Part shown: positions 50,271 through 62,750 of the stretch, piece by piece
How the letters are laid out: each line of letters opens with the position of its first letter
Position numbering within the stretch: position 1 is the first letter of the stretch
DNA from: Felis catus
Lineage: Eukaryota
DNA length: 64,000 bases
NCBI RefSeq assembly: GCF_018350175.1
Contig: NC_058368.1
Coordinates: 157,606,001-157,670,000, forward strand
Direction of reading: 5' to 3'
Position numbers and translations under genes: made by a program
Notes under the pieces: model-generated
Told to the model about the DNA's origin: nothing
Databases searched by the model: none
What the model saw: only the letters and a program-made list of their open reading frames with translations

Positions 50271-50415
50271 TTTTGATTGAAATCATTTGTGTTTTTCTGG
50301 CAGTAGAAAAACAGTTTTCAGCATTTTGAAGGATGAAGTGCCTTATTTTTCTTAGAAATATCTATCAAAAGAAGCATTGTTTCTTGACCTTATCCTAGGT
50401 CTCATTAAAAAAAAA

Positions 50416-50432
50416 TGTGTGTGTGTGTGTGT

Positions 50433-50475
<43 letters not shown>
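50416..50475 (+). repeat. (TG)n microsatellite
   Basis: Seen directly. Confidence 0.97.
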
Positions 50476-50476
<1 letters not shown>

Positions 50477-51729
50477 ATTTATACTACATTCTGGATAGTG
50501 TAGAGTACTTTCCAGATCTCCCCTTCAGAACCAAGTCACTAATCCTCCCAGTAAGTGAGAAAGTTGGAGGCTGAAAGTTGGAGAAAGTTGGAGGCCTCTC
50601 TGGGAATTGCCTTCAGCCAAAGTGTTGTCTCACACTAGATCACACCACTTTCCAAGGGGCAGTCTATTTACAATGATTGGTCAGGAAGAAGAACAAAGGC
50701 TCAAACTCATTGCTATGAGGAAGGGCCATCTCAGCTCCAGAGATTGCCAGTGTGATAGCTGAATCCTTTGTTGTGATTGCACTGAAGTTCAATACTTCTT
50801 CCTGTCCACACCTGCTTCCTTCACTCCCCCACAGGTGACAATTCCAAGGACCCTCCTCAATAAACGTTCTACATTCAAAACTCCTTCAGAGTAGTTCCTA
50901 GGGAAATTGACCAAAGTGATTTGGTGCCAGAGGTGTTCTGAGGAAGCTGACTCTAAAATGGGATTTTGGAACTATGCGACTGCAGCTGGCTGGCAATGAC
51001 ATTTAATCTCTACCATGAAGTAGTCATTCATTGTTTACACTTTCACTGGTGATGAACTGGGATGGGGTACCATGGAGGAGAATGAACTGGCTGGTGCAAA
51101 TCTCAGACTTTTGAGAGGTGAGAGTCGTAAATTATAAGGATAATGGGATTATTTGGCTCTTGCTGAGTGTCTTTAATTATAATAGAAAGACAATGATTAA
51201 TTACCAATCAAAGAGAGAGTATGGAAGTCAGAGTCCTCCTTAGCAGCAAATAAAGAGACTCATCTCCTGCAGCTTGAGGGCAGAAAATACTGAAGACCAA
51301 AATTTAATTTTAAGAATGGCGCATTTTCAGAAAAGGTTAAATTTTCAGCCCCAGCAAATTTTCTATGCCAAGGTCATATGACATATTTTGCTATGCCAAA
51401 ATTTCCAGTTTTGGAAAAGAATAAGACCCTAAAGCTTGAGACTGGAACATCTGTGTCAATGAACTTAACTCTCCCTCAACTTTTTAGGCTTGCAAAAGTA
51501 GCCTTTTCTTTGTTGGAGACTGTACCCTCTACCTGAAGGCAACATAGAAGCTTTTGCCTTGCAAAACCACATAGACTATTTCCCTCAGATCTTGACCAGT
51601 AGCTAGTTTCAAATCAAATTTAATGTAGCCAGGGAAGTGCTGAACTTGCTAAAGAAGGAAAAAAGGAACTAAACCCAAAAGGAGATGAAGAACCTAGCAG
51701 GATGACTAATCAGGAAGCAGAGAGCAATT

Positions 51730-52055
51730 GTCTTTTTCTTTCTTCCTTCCTTTCCTTCTTTCTTTCTTTTTCTCTTCCTTCCTTTCCTTTCCTTTCCTTT
51801 CCTTTCCTTTCCTTTCCTTTCCTTTCCTTTCCTTTCCTTTCCTCTCCTCTCCTCTCCTCTCCTCTCCTCTCCTCTCCTCTCCTCTCCTCTCCTCTCCTTT
51901 TTTTCTGTTTTCTTTATTCTGAAGTTAGTTAACATACAGTGTAGTCTTGGCTTCAGGAGTAGAATCCAGTGATTTATCTCTTATATATGATATCTAGGGC
52001 ACAGCCCAAAAAATTCCCTCTTTAATGCCTGTCACCTTTTAAGCACCCCCATTAA
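51730..52055 (-). mobile_element. Carnivore L1 3' end with a (TTTCC)n(TCTCC)n tail, inside the ERV
   Basis: gttagttaacatacagtgtagtcttggcttcaggagtagaa follows the pyrimidine tract. Confidence 0.85.
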
Positions 52056-52106
52056 CCCTAAAAGCCACAATTCTTTGTCCAGTTTGTGGACCTGAGCCAG
52101 ATTTTA

Positions 52107-52276
52107 TTTTTATTTTTTTTCAGTATATAAAGTTTATTGTCAAATTGGTTTCCATACAACACCCAGTGCTCATCCCAAAAGGTGCCCTCCTCAATACCCA
52201 TCACCCACCCTCCCCTCACTCCCACCCCCCATCAACGCTCAGTTTGTTCTCAGTTTTTAAGAGTCTCTTATGCTTT
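52107..52276 (-). mobile_element. Felid L1 3' end (170 bp), inside the ERV
   Basis: tttattgtcaaattggtttccatacaacacccagtgctcatccca; perfect TSD ctgagccagatttta at 52092-52106 and 52277-52291. Confidence 0.92.
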
Positions 52277-52394
52277 CTGAGCCAGATTTTAGATTTAGAA
52301 GCCATAAATTGAAGGAAAGCCTAGGTTTCTAGGAAGAAACACCGTGCAACAGCACATATGTGGTAAAATTTCTTCCAGTCCTTCCCCAAAGGAA

Positions 52395-53250
52395 CTAAGG
52401 CCATTTACTCAGGTAACTGTATACTGGGAAAAGGGGAATACTCAAATATTTTGAGGGGTGTTCGAGACAGGGTCCAAGTTTACATTGATGTCTAGAACCC
52501 ATGGTCCCCTTCTGTAGAAAGAGTGGGTAAGGTGTATGAAGGCCAGTAATAAATGGAATTCTGACTCAGGTCTGGCTCACAGTGAGTCTAGTGGGTCCAC
52601 AGATCCTGTATGTGATCACCCTTCTGGGATCAGAATGTATAACTGGAACTACTAATAAGTAGTTGGTTGAAGTTCCACTTTGGTTCTTTGGCCAATGGGG
52701 TAAGAATTACTGTATCGAGGAAGGTCCGGTTGAAGCCTCTGAAGTTACCCTTCAATCCTATACAAGAGAATAATTCAACAATAATATTATATCCTGGAGG
52801 CAATGGATAGAGAGAGATTAATGCCACCATTAAAGACCTAACAGATACAGGTTGTTCCTATCATATCTACATTTCATTTACCAGTCTTGTCTGGCCTCTT
52901 CAAAAACCATACAGATCCTGGAGGATTAGAGACTACTACTGCAAAATCCACCATTAATAGACCATTTGCAGATGCTGTGCCAGGTATGGTATCTGTGCTG
53001 GAACAAATTAACACAGCCTCTTAGTACTTTCTTTGCCCAATTTTAAGAGTAAATTGGAAAATATATCAGTCATGGCCTGGGGAGGGCATGATGATATGGT
53101 ATACAGTCACCTTAGGGCTGAGGTCTGGGTCACCCCACAAGTTAACCTTCCTACCCCAGAAGAGAAACTAGCTGAGGGTAAGAAGAATATAGAATGGGTA
53201 ATAGAGGGAGACAATGAGTATCAGCTACAGCCTTACACCAGCTGCAGTGA
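52395..53250 (+). pseudogene. ERVL pro/pol remnants
   Basis: RPFTQVTVYWEKGNTQIF*GVFETGSKFTLM (protease, DTG site decayed to ETG); EINATIKDL..VWPLQKPYRSWR..AVPGMVSVLEQINTAS (RT start); VWVTP..LAEGKKNIEWVIEGDNEYQLQP (pol C-terminus). Confidence 0.85.
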
Positions 53251-53914
53251 TTTTGTCCCACTGACATCTTTCATATGGGCATCCCCAGGAAAAGAGACCA
53301 ATCAGGACTTGCCCCCAGAACTTATCATATAAAGCAAGTGGATACAAGTGGCACAAATGCTGGGCTGTAGTGGATATGATGTGTTGCTGAGATCCCTCTC
53401 TTCAGGACTGAGGCATTCAGCTACTGGACTGTTGATGGTCATAGTTCTTGGTGAATCCCTATCTGGGCATTGCCCTCAACTGAAGGGAGCCACATTACCC
53501 AAGGTTATGCCTCTCTCTCTAGGGGATAGCCCACATTAAATGACTGGCAAGTGTGGGTTATAAAGCTCTTGACTCATGTAGTACAACTCAGAAGGACTGT
53601 CCTAGCTCCAGAGAGCCCTGTGGGATTAGCTGAGTCCTTTGTGGCATTTGCCATACAGTTCAGCTCCTCCTTTTGCCCATTCCTATTTCCTTTATTCCTC
53701 CATAATTGTTGATTCTGAGTGCATTTCCTGAGAACTTTGCTGCATGGAATCATCCATCCCAGAGCCCATTTCCCAGGGAACACAACTGAAGTCCTACTCT
53801 TTCCAATTCAGGTAGGTCAACAAAGATCTGAGATCCCATTCAAACTCATTACATACAGACATGCAAATATGCTTCAATATACAATCCTGGCATGTGGTTT
53901 TATTTAGTTGGGGG

Positions 53915-54100
53915 CTGGAGTAGGCACTTTAGATGTCTTATTTTATTTAATTCTTTTAACAACCCTGGGAGGTAGCCACCTTCATTCCCAATTTATAGAT
54001 GAGGAAACTGAGGCATAGAGAAGTTAGGTGTTTTGCTCAATTCACACAAGTAGCTAGCACCATAGCTGGGATTTGAGCTTCATCATTCTGCCTCCAACTA
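53915..54100 (-). mobile_element. MIR
   Basis: aacaaccctgggaggtag...tatagatgaggaaactgaggcatagagaagtta. Confidence 0.85.
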
Positions 54101-55465
54101 TACTATAATGTTACAAAGGCTTTTGGAACACACTATAGTATGTGTTTGTTAGAGGTTCCTAATGCATCCTTAGTTGGAATTAACTGTGTGAGACTGTGGG
54201 TAAGGCCTCCAAAGTGGGACTTGATTCATTCATAAGTTTACCTGTGGGAGAACTAGTCTAGTATATTTATTGTGGCTTATCCTCAGATGGAGACAGGGGA
54301 GTAACTTAACTTGGTAACTTCTTCAGGATGGATTTAGCTGTTAAAGGATTTTAAATGATCTATATTTGTGTGTCCTATTGGCCATGAGAATGAGAAAGAA
54401 AATGATAGCAAAGGGACAGTAGTTTTTCTGTTTTGACTCCAGTATTTCTTGATGCTATTGATTAGGTGGTAGTTGGAAGGTAAGCTTGGTTCTCTTATGT
54501 CGTGTTGTCATCAACAATAGTGAACATTGAAAGAGATTATTCCAGGGAGTGGAGAAAGTTAGAGACCCTCATAAACCCAGTGTCTCAAGTTTTTATCTAA
54601 GTGGCTTTGCTAAAAGCTAGCTTTGGTCATATCATGCATGTTGCAAATAACATTTCCATTTGAGTTCTGCAAACAGCTGTTGAGTGATGGGCAAAGGTAT
54701 GTAATTGCAGCTCTCATAAAGATTTCATCTTTGTATTTTCAATAAATTGATAATGATTTAATTTAAGGACTTCAGCCTTTACTAATTGCAGAATGTGCTT
54801 CAAACCCTGACCATGGGGGTAATTATTGTGGTGAAGTCTCTTGGTACTCTCTGTCTATAGTTTATTTCATTTGTGAAACTTCTCTTCATTCTGCCTGATT
54901 TTCACAAGTGATATTTATTGTCTGTGGTTTGTGTTATGTGGCCTACAGGGGGGGGAAAACACTTGCTTAACTATTTAAATAGTCATAAGTCTATAGTTTC
55001 CTGAAATAACCCAGCCTAACTTTCTCAGAAAAGTGTGAAATTCCCTCTTCTGGGAATTGTTTTTTGTTTCTGATTCTTGCCCTCAGTGACATCTATGCTG
55101 GTATCTTATTTCCCTGCTAAACAAGATAAAATTTAAAAGCATAAAAATTAGCAAAAAATAAGAAAAACTAACCAGGCCAGCTAGCCCCCTTGCTTGATTC
55201 CCTTCATCCTCTCTTGACCTCATATGTTGGTAATGGCTACACAGTGGGGTATATTTCTGGATTACATTTTATAAAGACTGATGATTGTCTTCTGGTACTT
55301 GTTGTTCCTGTTATCAACATTTCTTAGATATGATTTTCCTCTAAAAGTATTTAAAAGAAATTCCTAATGAATGAACTCAGAAGACTGGGGTAGTATAGTT
55401 TTTTTCTTGGTGTAAACCATGAACACAGGTAATTTTTTTTTTCCTTTTTTCCATCACTACTTCTT

Positions 55466-55685
55466 TTTTTTTTAATTTTTTTAACATTTATTTATTTTTG
55501 AGACAGAGAGAGAGAGAGCATGAACCGGGGAGGGTCAGAGGAAGAGGGAGACATAGAATCTGAAACAGGCTCCAGGCTCTGAGCTGTCAGCACAGAGCCT
55601 GACGCGGGGCTCGAACCCACAGAACACGAGATCATGACCTGAGCCGAAGTCGGACGCTTAACCGACTGAGCCACCCAGGCGCCCC
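55466..55685 (-). mobile_element. Can-SINE
   Basis: TSD cca(t/a)cactacttctt at 55451-55465 and 55686-55700. Confidence 0.96.
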
Positions 55686-55809
55686 CCAACACTACTTCTT
55701 AAGACTTTGAAACTTTGAAATGAGCTTCCCCAAACATTAATGGATTGAGCATAGCTGAGAGTTATCATCTCTAATTTTTATTTTAAAAAAAGCTTCAATG
55801 CTATAAAGA

Positions 55810-55904
55810 AAAAAATTATTGAGGGGAAGAGTACAAGAGAGCCTTCTGAATTGCTGGAAATTCTGTCTATGCTGATCTGGAATGGTGCTTAGATAGCACT
55901 ACGT

Positions 55905-55951
<47 letters not shown>

Positions 55952-56040
55952 TTGCACTTGTATATATGTAGAAATCCATTGGGTTATATGCTTTAAGATT
56001 GGTGCTTTATGCTGCATACCTGTTATACCACAATAAAGCA
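55810..56040 (+). mobile_element. L1ME-type 3' end containing (TG)n at 55906-55949
   Basis: gagagccttctg..gctggaaattctgtctat.ctgatctgg...ttataccacaataaa. Confidence 0.65.
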
Positions 56041-56075
56041 AATTAGTATTTTCTAGTTTTTAAGGGTCTTTTATT

Positions 56076-56105
56076 AAAAATTTTCAAAATGTTTTATTTA
56101 TTTTT

Positions 56106-56156
<51 letters not shown>

Positions 56157-56330
56157 TAAGAATGCAAGCAGGAGAGGGGCAGAGAGAAAGGGAGACCCAG
56201 AATCCGAAGCAGGCTCCAGGCTCTGAGCTTTTAGCACAGAGCCCTACTCAGGGCTCAAACCCACAAACCATGCAATCATGACCTGAGCCGAAGTTGTGTG
56301 CTTAATTGACTGAGCCACCCAAGCGCCCCA
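56076..56330 (-). mobile_element. Can-SINE with long (GA)n
   Basis: TSD aagggtcttttatt at 56062-56075 and 56331-56344. Confidence 0.96.
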
Positions 56331-56982
56331 AAGGGTCTTTTATTTTAAAGCGTTTAGATCATGAGACAAGGTAAGGGAAAGAATTTTTAAAGTGTAAAGT
56401 GTTATGCAACTGAAAGATATCATAATCTAGAGATGTAACTGGGATATTTATTATTCAGAGTGGATTATCCTCTACCTTCTCACCCCAGATCTTTAAACTT
56501 TGCTTCAGTCTCAGCCTGGTGCCAGAGAGAGTTTCTTTTGGTGCCAGGATAACTCTTACCTCTGACTGTACTGTGGAAATTAAAAGTTATTTTACAGATC
56601 TTGCTCAAAATCTGTCACCTTTCTATGACTTAACAAAACAGGTCATGGAATGAGCTGGAATGGACACAGAATGATCATGGACAAAGTTTCCAATGGTTGG
56701 AGGGGAATTCCATGGAGTCATGGGCTGCATTAAAGAATTGTATCCTAGAGGTGGAGAGAACACATCATGAGTGTAATGAGTATGAGAACAGAATGGAACA
56801 TTGACATTTGTGTTAATACTTTGTTATGCCTTTCGTGACAGAGAACTGTTGATGCTGGCTAATGGAAAAAGAAAAACTATCTTTTTTTTTTTTTTTTTTG
56901 TAAAGCAAAACTATTCTGAGTTTCAAACAAAGTCCATCATTAAAAGGTTTAAATGTTACTTGGACACTGTCAAGTTATAGTA

Positions 56983-57308
56983 TGATTGACTTTTGAACAA
57001 CACAGGTTTGAACTGCATAGGTCTACTTACACAGTAGTAAGTGTATAGTACAGCACAGTACTGTAAGTGTATTTTCTCTTCCTTATGATTTTCTTATTAC
57101 CATTTTCTCTTCTTTATTATAAGAATACAGTATATAAAACACATAACATACAAACTATGTGATAATCAACTGTTTATGTTATCTGTAAGACTTCTGGTCA
57201 AAGTAGGCTATTAGCAGTTAAGCTTTGGGGGGAGTCATGTTATACCTGGATTTTCAACTGCATGGGGGTCAGCGCCCCTAACCTCCAAGTTGTCCAAGGC
57301 TCAAGTTT
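56983..57308. mobile_element. Tigger2a-like non-autonomous DNA transposon
   Basis: Decayed TIRs ttgacttttgaacaacacagg ... gttgtccaaggctcaa; typical internal sequence. Confidence 0.85.
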
Positions 57309-59491
57309 GTGTTCGTTTAGCATGAATCTTGTGGATAGAATCAACCTGAACAGTAGGGCCCTGCGAGCTGACCTGGCTGCCTTTTGCTATTGTGAAGTTT
57401 GATCTCTCACGATTATGATCCTTCTGAGTCTTCACTGTTCCATTTTTTCCATTGCCTGCTATTTGATGGTAGCTTCTCTAACTCATTCCATATCTTTTTT
57501 TATATCTATGCACATTCCATCTTTTTCCTCACATTTTTAAGTCTTTCCCTGGATTTGTTTTAAGCCAGCTTGGGTGTGAATTCTTGCTGTTGTTCCTTTC
57601 ATCTGTCTCTCCCTCCAAAGGCAAGCTCAACTGTCATATCTCTCACTACTTCAGCCCATATTGGTCTCCTTTCCTGTTGTACTTGCTGTCTGTAACTTTC
57701 TATGTGGCAATGCATAATTTCTGACCTCATTTCTCAAGTGGTTCACATGAATGGTTTATTTCTCAACTTTTGTGGAGGGAAAATATCACCTTTATCTCAT
57801 ATCGACTTTAGGGGTTAGCACAAGGCTTCAGGGGTATTAGGGAATCAAAATTTACCTGAGGAATGAAAAAATTATGTATTCAAGGCTTCTATAATATCAA
57901 GCCCTTAATTTTTTTGTTTTAAGTTAATGGTGTGTAAAAATGGGTCCATGGGAATATTATTTTGAATCTCAAGTAATCTCATTCTTACGATTATATTTTT
58001 TATTTAATTTTAATTTTCCTTTTACAGTTCAGTCTGACAAGAGGGGCCATTTGTATATGTGTAGGAAATCTTTTTTTCAATATAGGCTTCTAGTAAATAC
58101 AGGTTTTAAATAATGCAATGTGGATACAGCTCATTGTAGTCTCTAAATAATTACCAGGACCCTTCAATAAGGGAAATACTTTTCCGATGGGTCGTTAGAA
58201 ACACATTTGTGGTAGACTTTTAAACCATTAATAATCATAGAGACTGTCCTAATTGCTTTTGGAGTAAAGAATTCTTTTGTAGTATGGAGAACCACTTGCT
58301 AATTCATCTGTTTTGCTAGACTGGATTTTCTTAAATTGACTTGCTTTAAAATGGACATACTTGCACTTTAAAAGGCTCCAGAGACCTCCCGTCTACATAC
58401 AAACATAAAAATAGCATTAACGACTGACAGTCACCTCCCCCCCTTTCCCTCTGTCAGTTATGGGGACTATTTAAGGTTCTATCTTTTTCATGCTCTAGAA
58501 GTAATGTGAGGTTTACATTCAACTCCCTTTAATCTGAAACACTGACTGAGCTCCAAACCACTTGGCAGCCTGCCCTTTTTCAATGGGAGGGGAAAGCTGC
58601 AATGTAATTTACTCTCCACATTTTATAGTTTTCCCTTTAAAAAAACCTGCTTATACACTTCCTGTATTTGCAGAAACTAGAGAGTAATATGGCTTTTAAA
58701 TGTGGCCCTGTCTGGGCAATTCTGGGGAGCCCAAAGCAGCTGACAGGCCACTGAACTTGGTGTACAGTGATGAGAGATAAGGGGCTCTGTGTATAAAGGT
58801 GTTGGGGGAGAGTGTGAAGGATGATGTAGGCAACACAGTAGGTGTGATGAGCTAAAAGAGGAGCATAGTATGGGAAGGACAGAGGGTCAGGGCTGGCCTG
58901 TGCTACTGAACTTAGGTGTACAAGTAAATAATAATCATGCCATCATTTTAGCCAGGCAGCAGCGTTTACTGAGCACTAACTCACTGCTAGGGAGTTTCTT
59001 CACTATTACCATGTCTGAACTCTGTTCTTTTAGAGATTCAGCCAAAAGGTTTTCTGGCCTCACATACTGTCTTTATTCGTGAGCAGACAGTGTCTGCCCT
59101 GGGCCTTATCTAGGAAGACTGGATAAGGGGTGGGATTCCAGAGGCTTTAGTCTCAGGATGGTGTTCACTTCATCAGACTTTTCCCTGCTGTCCTTGTCCC
59201 AGTACTCGATTGCCTAGCATTCTTCGCCAGTTTTTATCTCCATTCACTTCCTTCACTCATTTACTTCTGGCTCTATCCATCCAGGAAGTGGTTACTGAAC
59301 CTCTACCATGAGAGAGTACCTACTGGAGAGATAATCGATTAGCTAGGGTTAGCTAGGGTTCTCAGAGAAGCAGAAGCAATGGTATAGATGGATAGATTAG
59401 ATAAATAGATATATAGATAGCAAATTAATTAAAGAAAGAATATTTTGGTATATATATTTACATAGATCCTCCCCACTATAGGATCGATCAG

Positions 59492-59531
<40 letters not shown>
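59492..59531 (+). repeat. (TCTA)10 microsatellite
   Basis: Seen directly. Confidence 0.95.
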
Positions 59532-59532
<1 letters not shown>

Positions 59533-59692
59533 AATCTAGATTTAGTTTAAAGAGTTAGATTTTGGAGGGTGGCAATTCCACAATTTTCAGGCTATCTGGA
59601 GACACAGGGAAGAGTTGATGTTACAACTTGAGTCTGAAGGCAGTCTGGAGATTGCCTGCCCTCTTCCTTGCAGGAAGGTCAGTCCGTTTTCT

Positions 59693-59912
59693 TTTTCTTT
59701 TTCTTTTTTTTTTTTTTAAGTTTATTTATTTATTTTGAGACAGAGAAAAAGCATAGGAGAAAGGCAAAGAGAGGGAGAGAGAGAATCCCAAGCAGGCTCT
59801 GCACTGCCAGCACAGAATCCGACGTGGAGCTTGAGCTCACAAACTGTGAGATTATGACCTGAGCTGAAATCAAGAGTTGGACACTAAACCGACTGAGCCA
59901 CCCAGGAAACCC
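59693..59912 (-). mobile_element. Can-SINE
   Basis: TSD aggtcagtcc(g/t)ttttct at 59676-59692 and 59913-59929. Confidence 0.95.
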
Positions 59913-60119
59913 AGGTCAGTCCTTTTTCTATTAAGGCCTTCAACTATTGGATGAATCCCATCCACATTACCAAGAGTAATCTGCTTTACTTGAAATATCC
60001 CTATTTAGATGTTAATCTCATTTAAAACATAACTTTACAGCAATATCTTGACTAGTGTTTGACCAAATGCCTTGGTACTATGGTCTAGCCAAGTTAACAC
60101 ATAAAATTAACTGTCACAG

Positions 60120-60420
60120 GTACTATGAATCTTATAAAGGAGAGTAATATAGGGCATTGTCCTCAATCTATGTTTAATTAGAGAGATGCTCACATCAATC
60201 CATCAATCAGTCAATAACTATAAATCAGGTCATGCACCTTGTGATGAGTTCTGTATCCTCTGTAAACAAAAAGCTTTGGGAATCTAGAGGAAATAATGAT
60301 TAATCCTGACTGGGGGTAGTGAGAAAGGCTTTGCAAAAGGGTGCAATTTATGGTGGCTGTTGAAAGCTGGGTAGGATTTTGCTAAATAAAAGGGTAAGGG
60401 CTGAGGGAAAGGAAAACATC
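60120..60420 (-). mobile_element. L2 fragment
   Basis: cctgactggggg..gagaaaggcttt...ttgaaagctgggtaggattttg. Confidence 0.55.
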
Positions 60421-61103
60421 CTATTCCAGTAAAAAAAAGAATTTGGTCATGAGTTTATATATTGTCTAAAATTATATTGAGTGCAATTTCCATGTCTTAC
60501 TGTTCTTGGCACTGATGTAATGCAAAGAGGCTCTATCTCTGCTCAGAAAGAATAATGACAATGGTCACTCTTTGTTGAGTGCTGCTGCTTGCCATGGGTC
60601 AGGTACCATGACAAGTGTTTATACTTATTATCTCAATTATTGTCCTACCACCCTGTAGGAAAGGTCCTCAGCAGCGAAGCTCAGCCAGTACAGTGTATTA
60701 TCAGTGGACTGAAAAGGTACTGCTGATCATACTCCTGGGGCATAGGAAGGACAGGAAGTTGGCCAGGCAATGAGGTTGGGGCTGAAGTGCACATCTTGTT
60801 CATTGCTGGGCTGGGCTTTGAGCAGGCAAGACTTGAGCCCAGCCTTAGTTCACACCCTAGATGATTCTGCAGCTGTTCTGGTATAGATGGAAGCTTGTTT
60901 GACAGTACCTATGAGAATGAAATCTGTAATAATCTTTGATTCTTTGCTAAATTTGCTTTCACTAAATTAATCACTTTCATTATCCCAAGGAAACTGAGAA
61001 TTAGAGAGTCTAAGGGAATTTCCTAGCTGCCTGACATCAAAACTTTTGCTCTTTCTACTAAGCCCACACTGCCTTAACTCCAGGCTAATGGACAAACAGT
61101 GAT

Positions 61104-61462
61104 TGCTATGGTTTGAATGTTTATGTTCCCCTATTCCCAAATTCAGATGTTGAAATCCTAATACCTAATGTGATGTGTTAGCAGGAGGTGGGACTTTTGA
61201 GAGGTGATTAGGTCATGAGGGTGGAATATTTTGAATGTAATTAGTGCTCTTATAAAAGAGACTCCACAGAGTTTTCTCAGCCCTTCAACAATGTGAGGAC
61301 ACAATAAGAAGTCTGTAACCTGGAAGAAGGCCCTCATCTAACCATGCTGGCACCTTGATCTCAGACTTCTAGCCTACAAAACTATGAGAAATTAACTTCT
61401 ATTGTTTATAAACTACCTCATCTGTGATTTAAAAAAAAAAATCAGCCTGACAGACTAAAATA
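61104..61462 (+). mobile_element. MLT1A-like MaLR solo LTR
   Basis: Starts tgctatggtttgaatg, ends gactaaaata; 5-bp TSD gtgat/gcgat. Confidence 0.88.
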
Positions 61463-62199
61463 GCGATTTAAGTAAATGACTCCAAAGAAGTGGAGTCACT
61501 GCTGTAATTGTGGTATCTTTAAGGCACAGATGATGGAGTGATGAGATCTATGGGAGATATAATCAAAAGTATATACATTACAAGATGTGCTGAAGCAAGT
61601 GGGCCCGGGAGCCTGGGCAGATGATGAAGCCAGAACCAAGATGGAGGTAATGGGAATGGAAAGAAAGGATTCAACAGTCTGTATACCCAGAAGATAAAAC
61701 TTAGTAACTTATTTTAGGAAACTGGGGAAACTTAGGTGTCCAGGTGCTAATTACAAGCAAAGGAATACCCTCAGCTAATGAAGTAGAAAAAAGATTACAA
61801 AAGGGTATTTCCTAGGTCACAGATTTCCAGGAAATCTGTAGTTAGGCCTGGGGGTGGGGGGGTGGGTCATGCAGCTAGGAATTATGCTTTTACCATACCC
61901 TAGGGCTTCTACGGTGAAGAGTCCACTGTTAGCACCCCTGAACACTGCATATCATACCACACATGATGCTGGACATAGGATACCAGAACCTCCACTACTG
62001 CTTGCTGCAAACTGTACACCCCTATGTCTGACCTCATGAAAGTGCATACTGTATAGCTCTGGTTTCCTCACTGTACTCTGGCTGCAAAGGAGGCTAGGAA
62101 AGAGAGGCTCTAGCTTCCATTTTGGACTGTTTGACGAGTTTCTCAAACTTATAATAGACCTTCACAAGAGTCCTGGTGATCACAAACATGCCTACTCCA

Positions 62200-62750
62200 G
62201 GTGGTGAAGGAGGAGAAGAATCAAAACTGATTCCAATGTTTTTCATTTAGCAAATGGGTGATTGGAGATGCTGGGACCAAGATAAGGAAAACGGGAGGAT
62301 GAATAGACTTTTGAGGCTGAAAAAATTAGTTTTTTTCTGAATACATTGGATTTAAGATATCTGCAGCACATCAGTGTGGAGTCAGCTGTACAATACACAG
62401 TTAGAAATTTGCATCCCAGGCTCAAGATGGCAGATAGATAGATAGAGATGTACACTTGGGAACAAATATATAGATGAGTGGATAGATAAGATTGATCCGG
62501 ATGTATGTAACCCTGATGGATGTTACTTCAGAAGGGCAGGTAGAAGAGGAGGAAGAGCCACCAAAGGATTTTGAGGGACACAAGTTGGGGGTAGAATGAG
62601 AATATAAAGATGGAAAACTAGAGTATCATGAAACTCAAAGGTGGAATGGAAAGAGATGGTGATCAAAACAATGAAATGCTACAGAGAAATAAGTACTGTG
62701 GGGGCTAAGGGTCCCTGGATTTCTCAGAAAAAAAAAATCACTTGTGGTAT
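62200..62750 (-). mobile_element. L2 fragments
   Basis: gggcaggtagaagaggaggaagagcc...gaaatgctacagagaaataag...cctggattt. Confidence 0.55.

Larger units (their letters stand above)
50487..53794 (+). mobile_element. Two-LTR ERVL-class provirus (LTR16C / ERV3-16A3-like), internally deleted
   Basis: Homologous LTRs at ~50487-50919 and ~53366-53794; PBS-like tggtgccag at 50922-50930; protease, RT and integrase-end remnants in order. Confidence 0.85.
59345..60118 (-). mobile_element. MLT2 (ERVL) solo LTR inserted in L2 and interrupted by a SINE
   Basis: agggttctcagagaagcagaagcaat start; ctagccaagttaacacataaaattaactgtcaca end. Confidence 0.85.
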
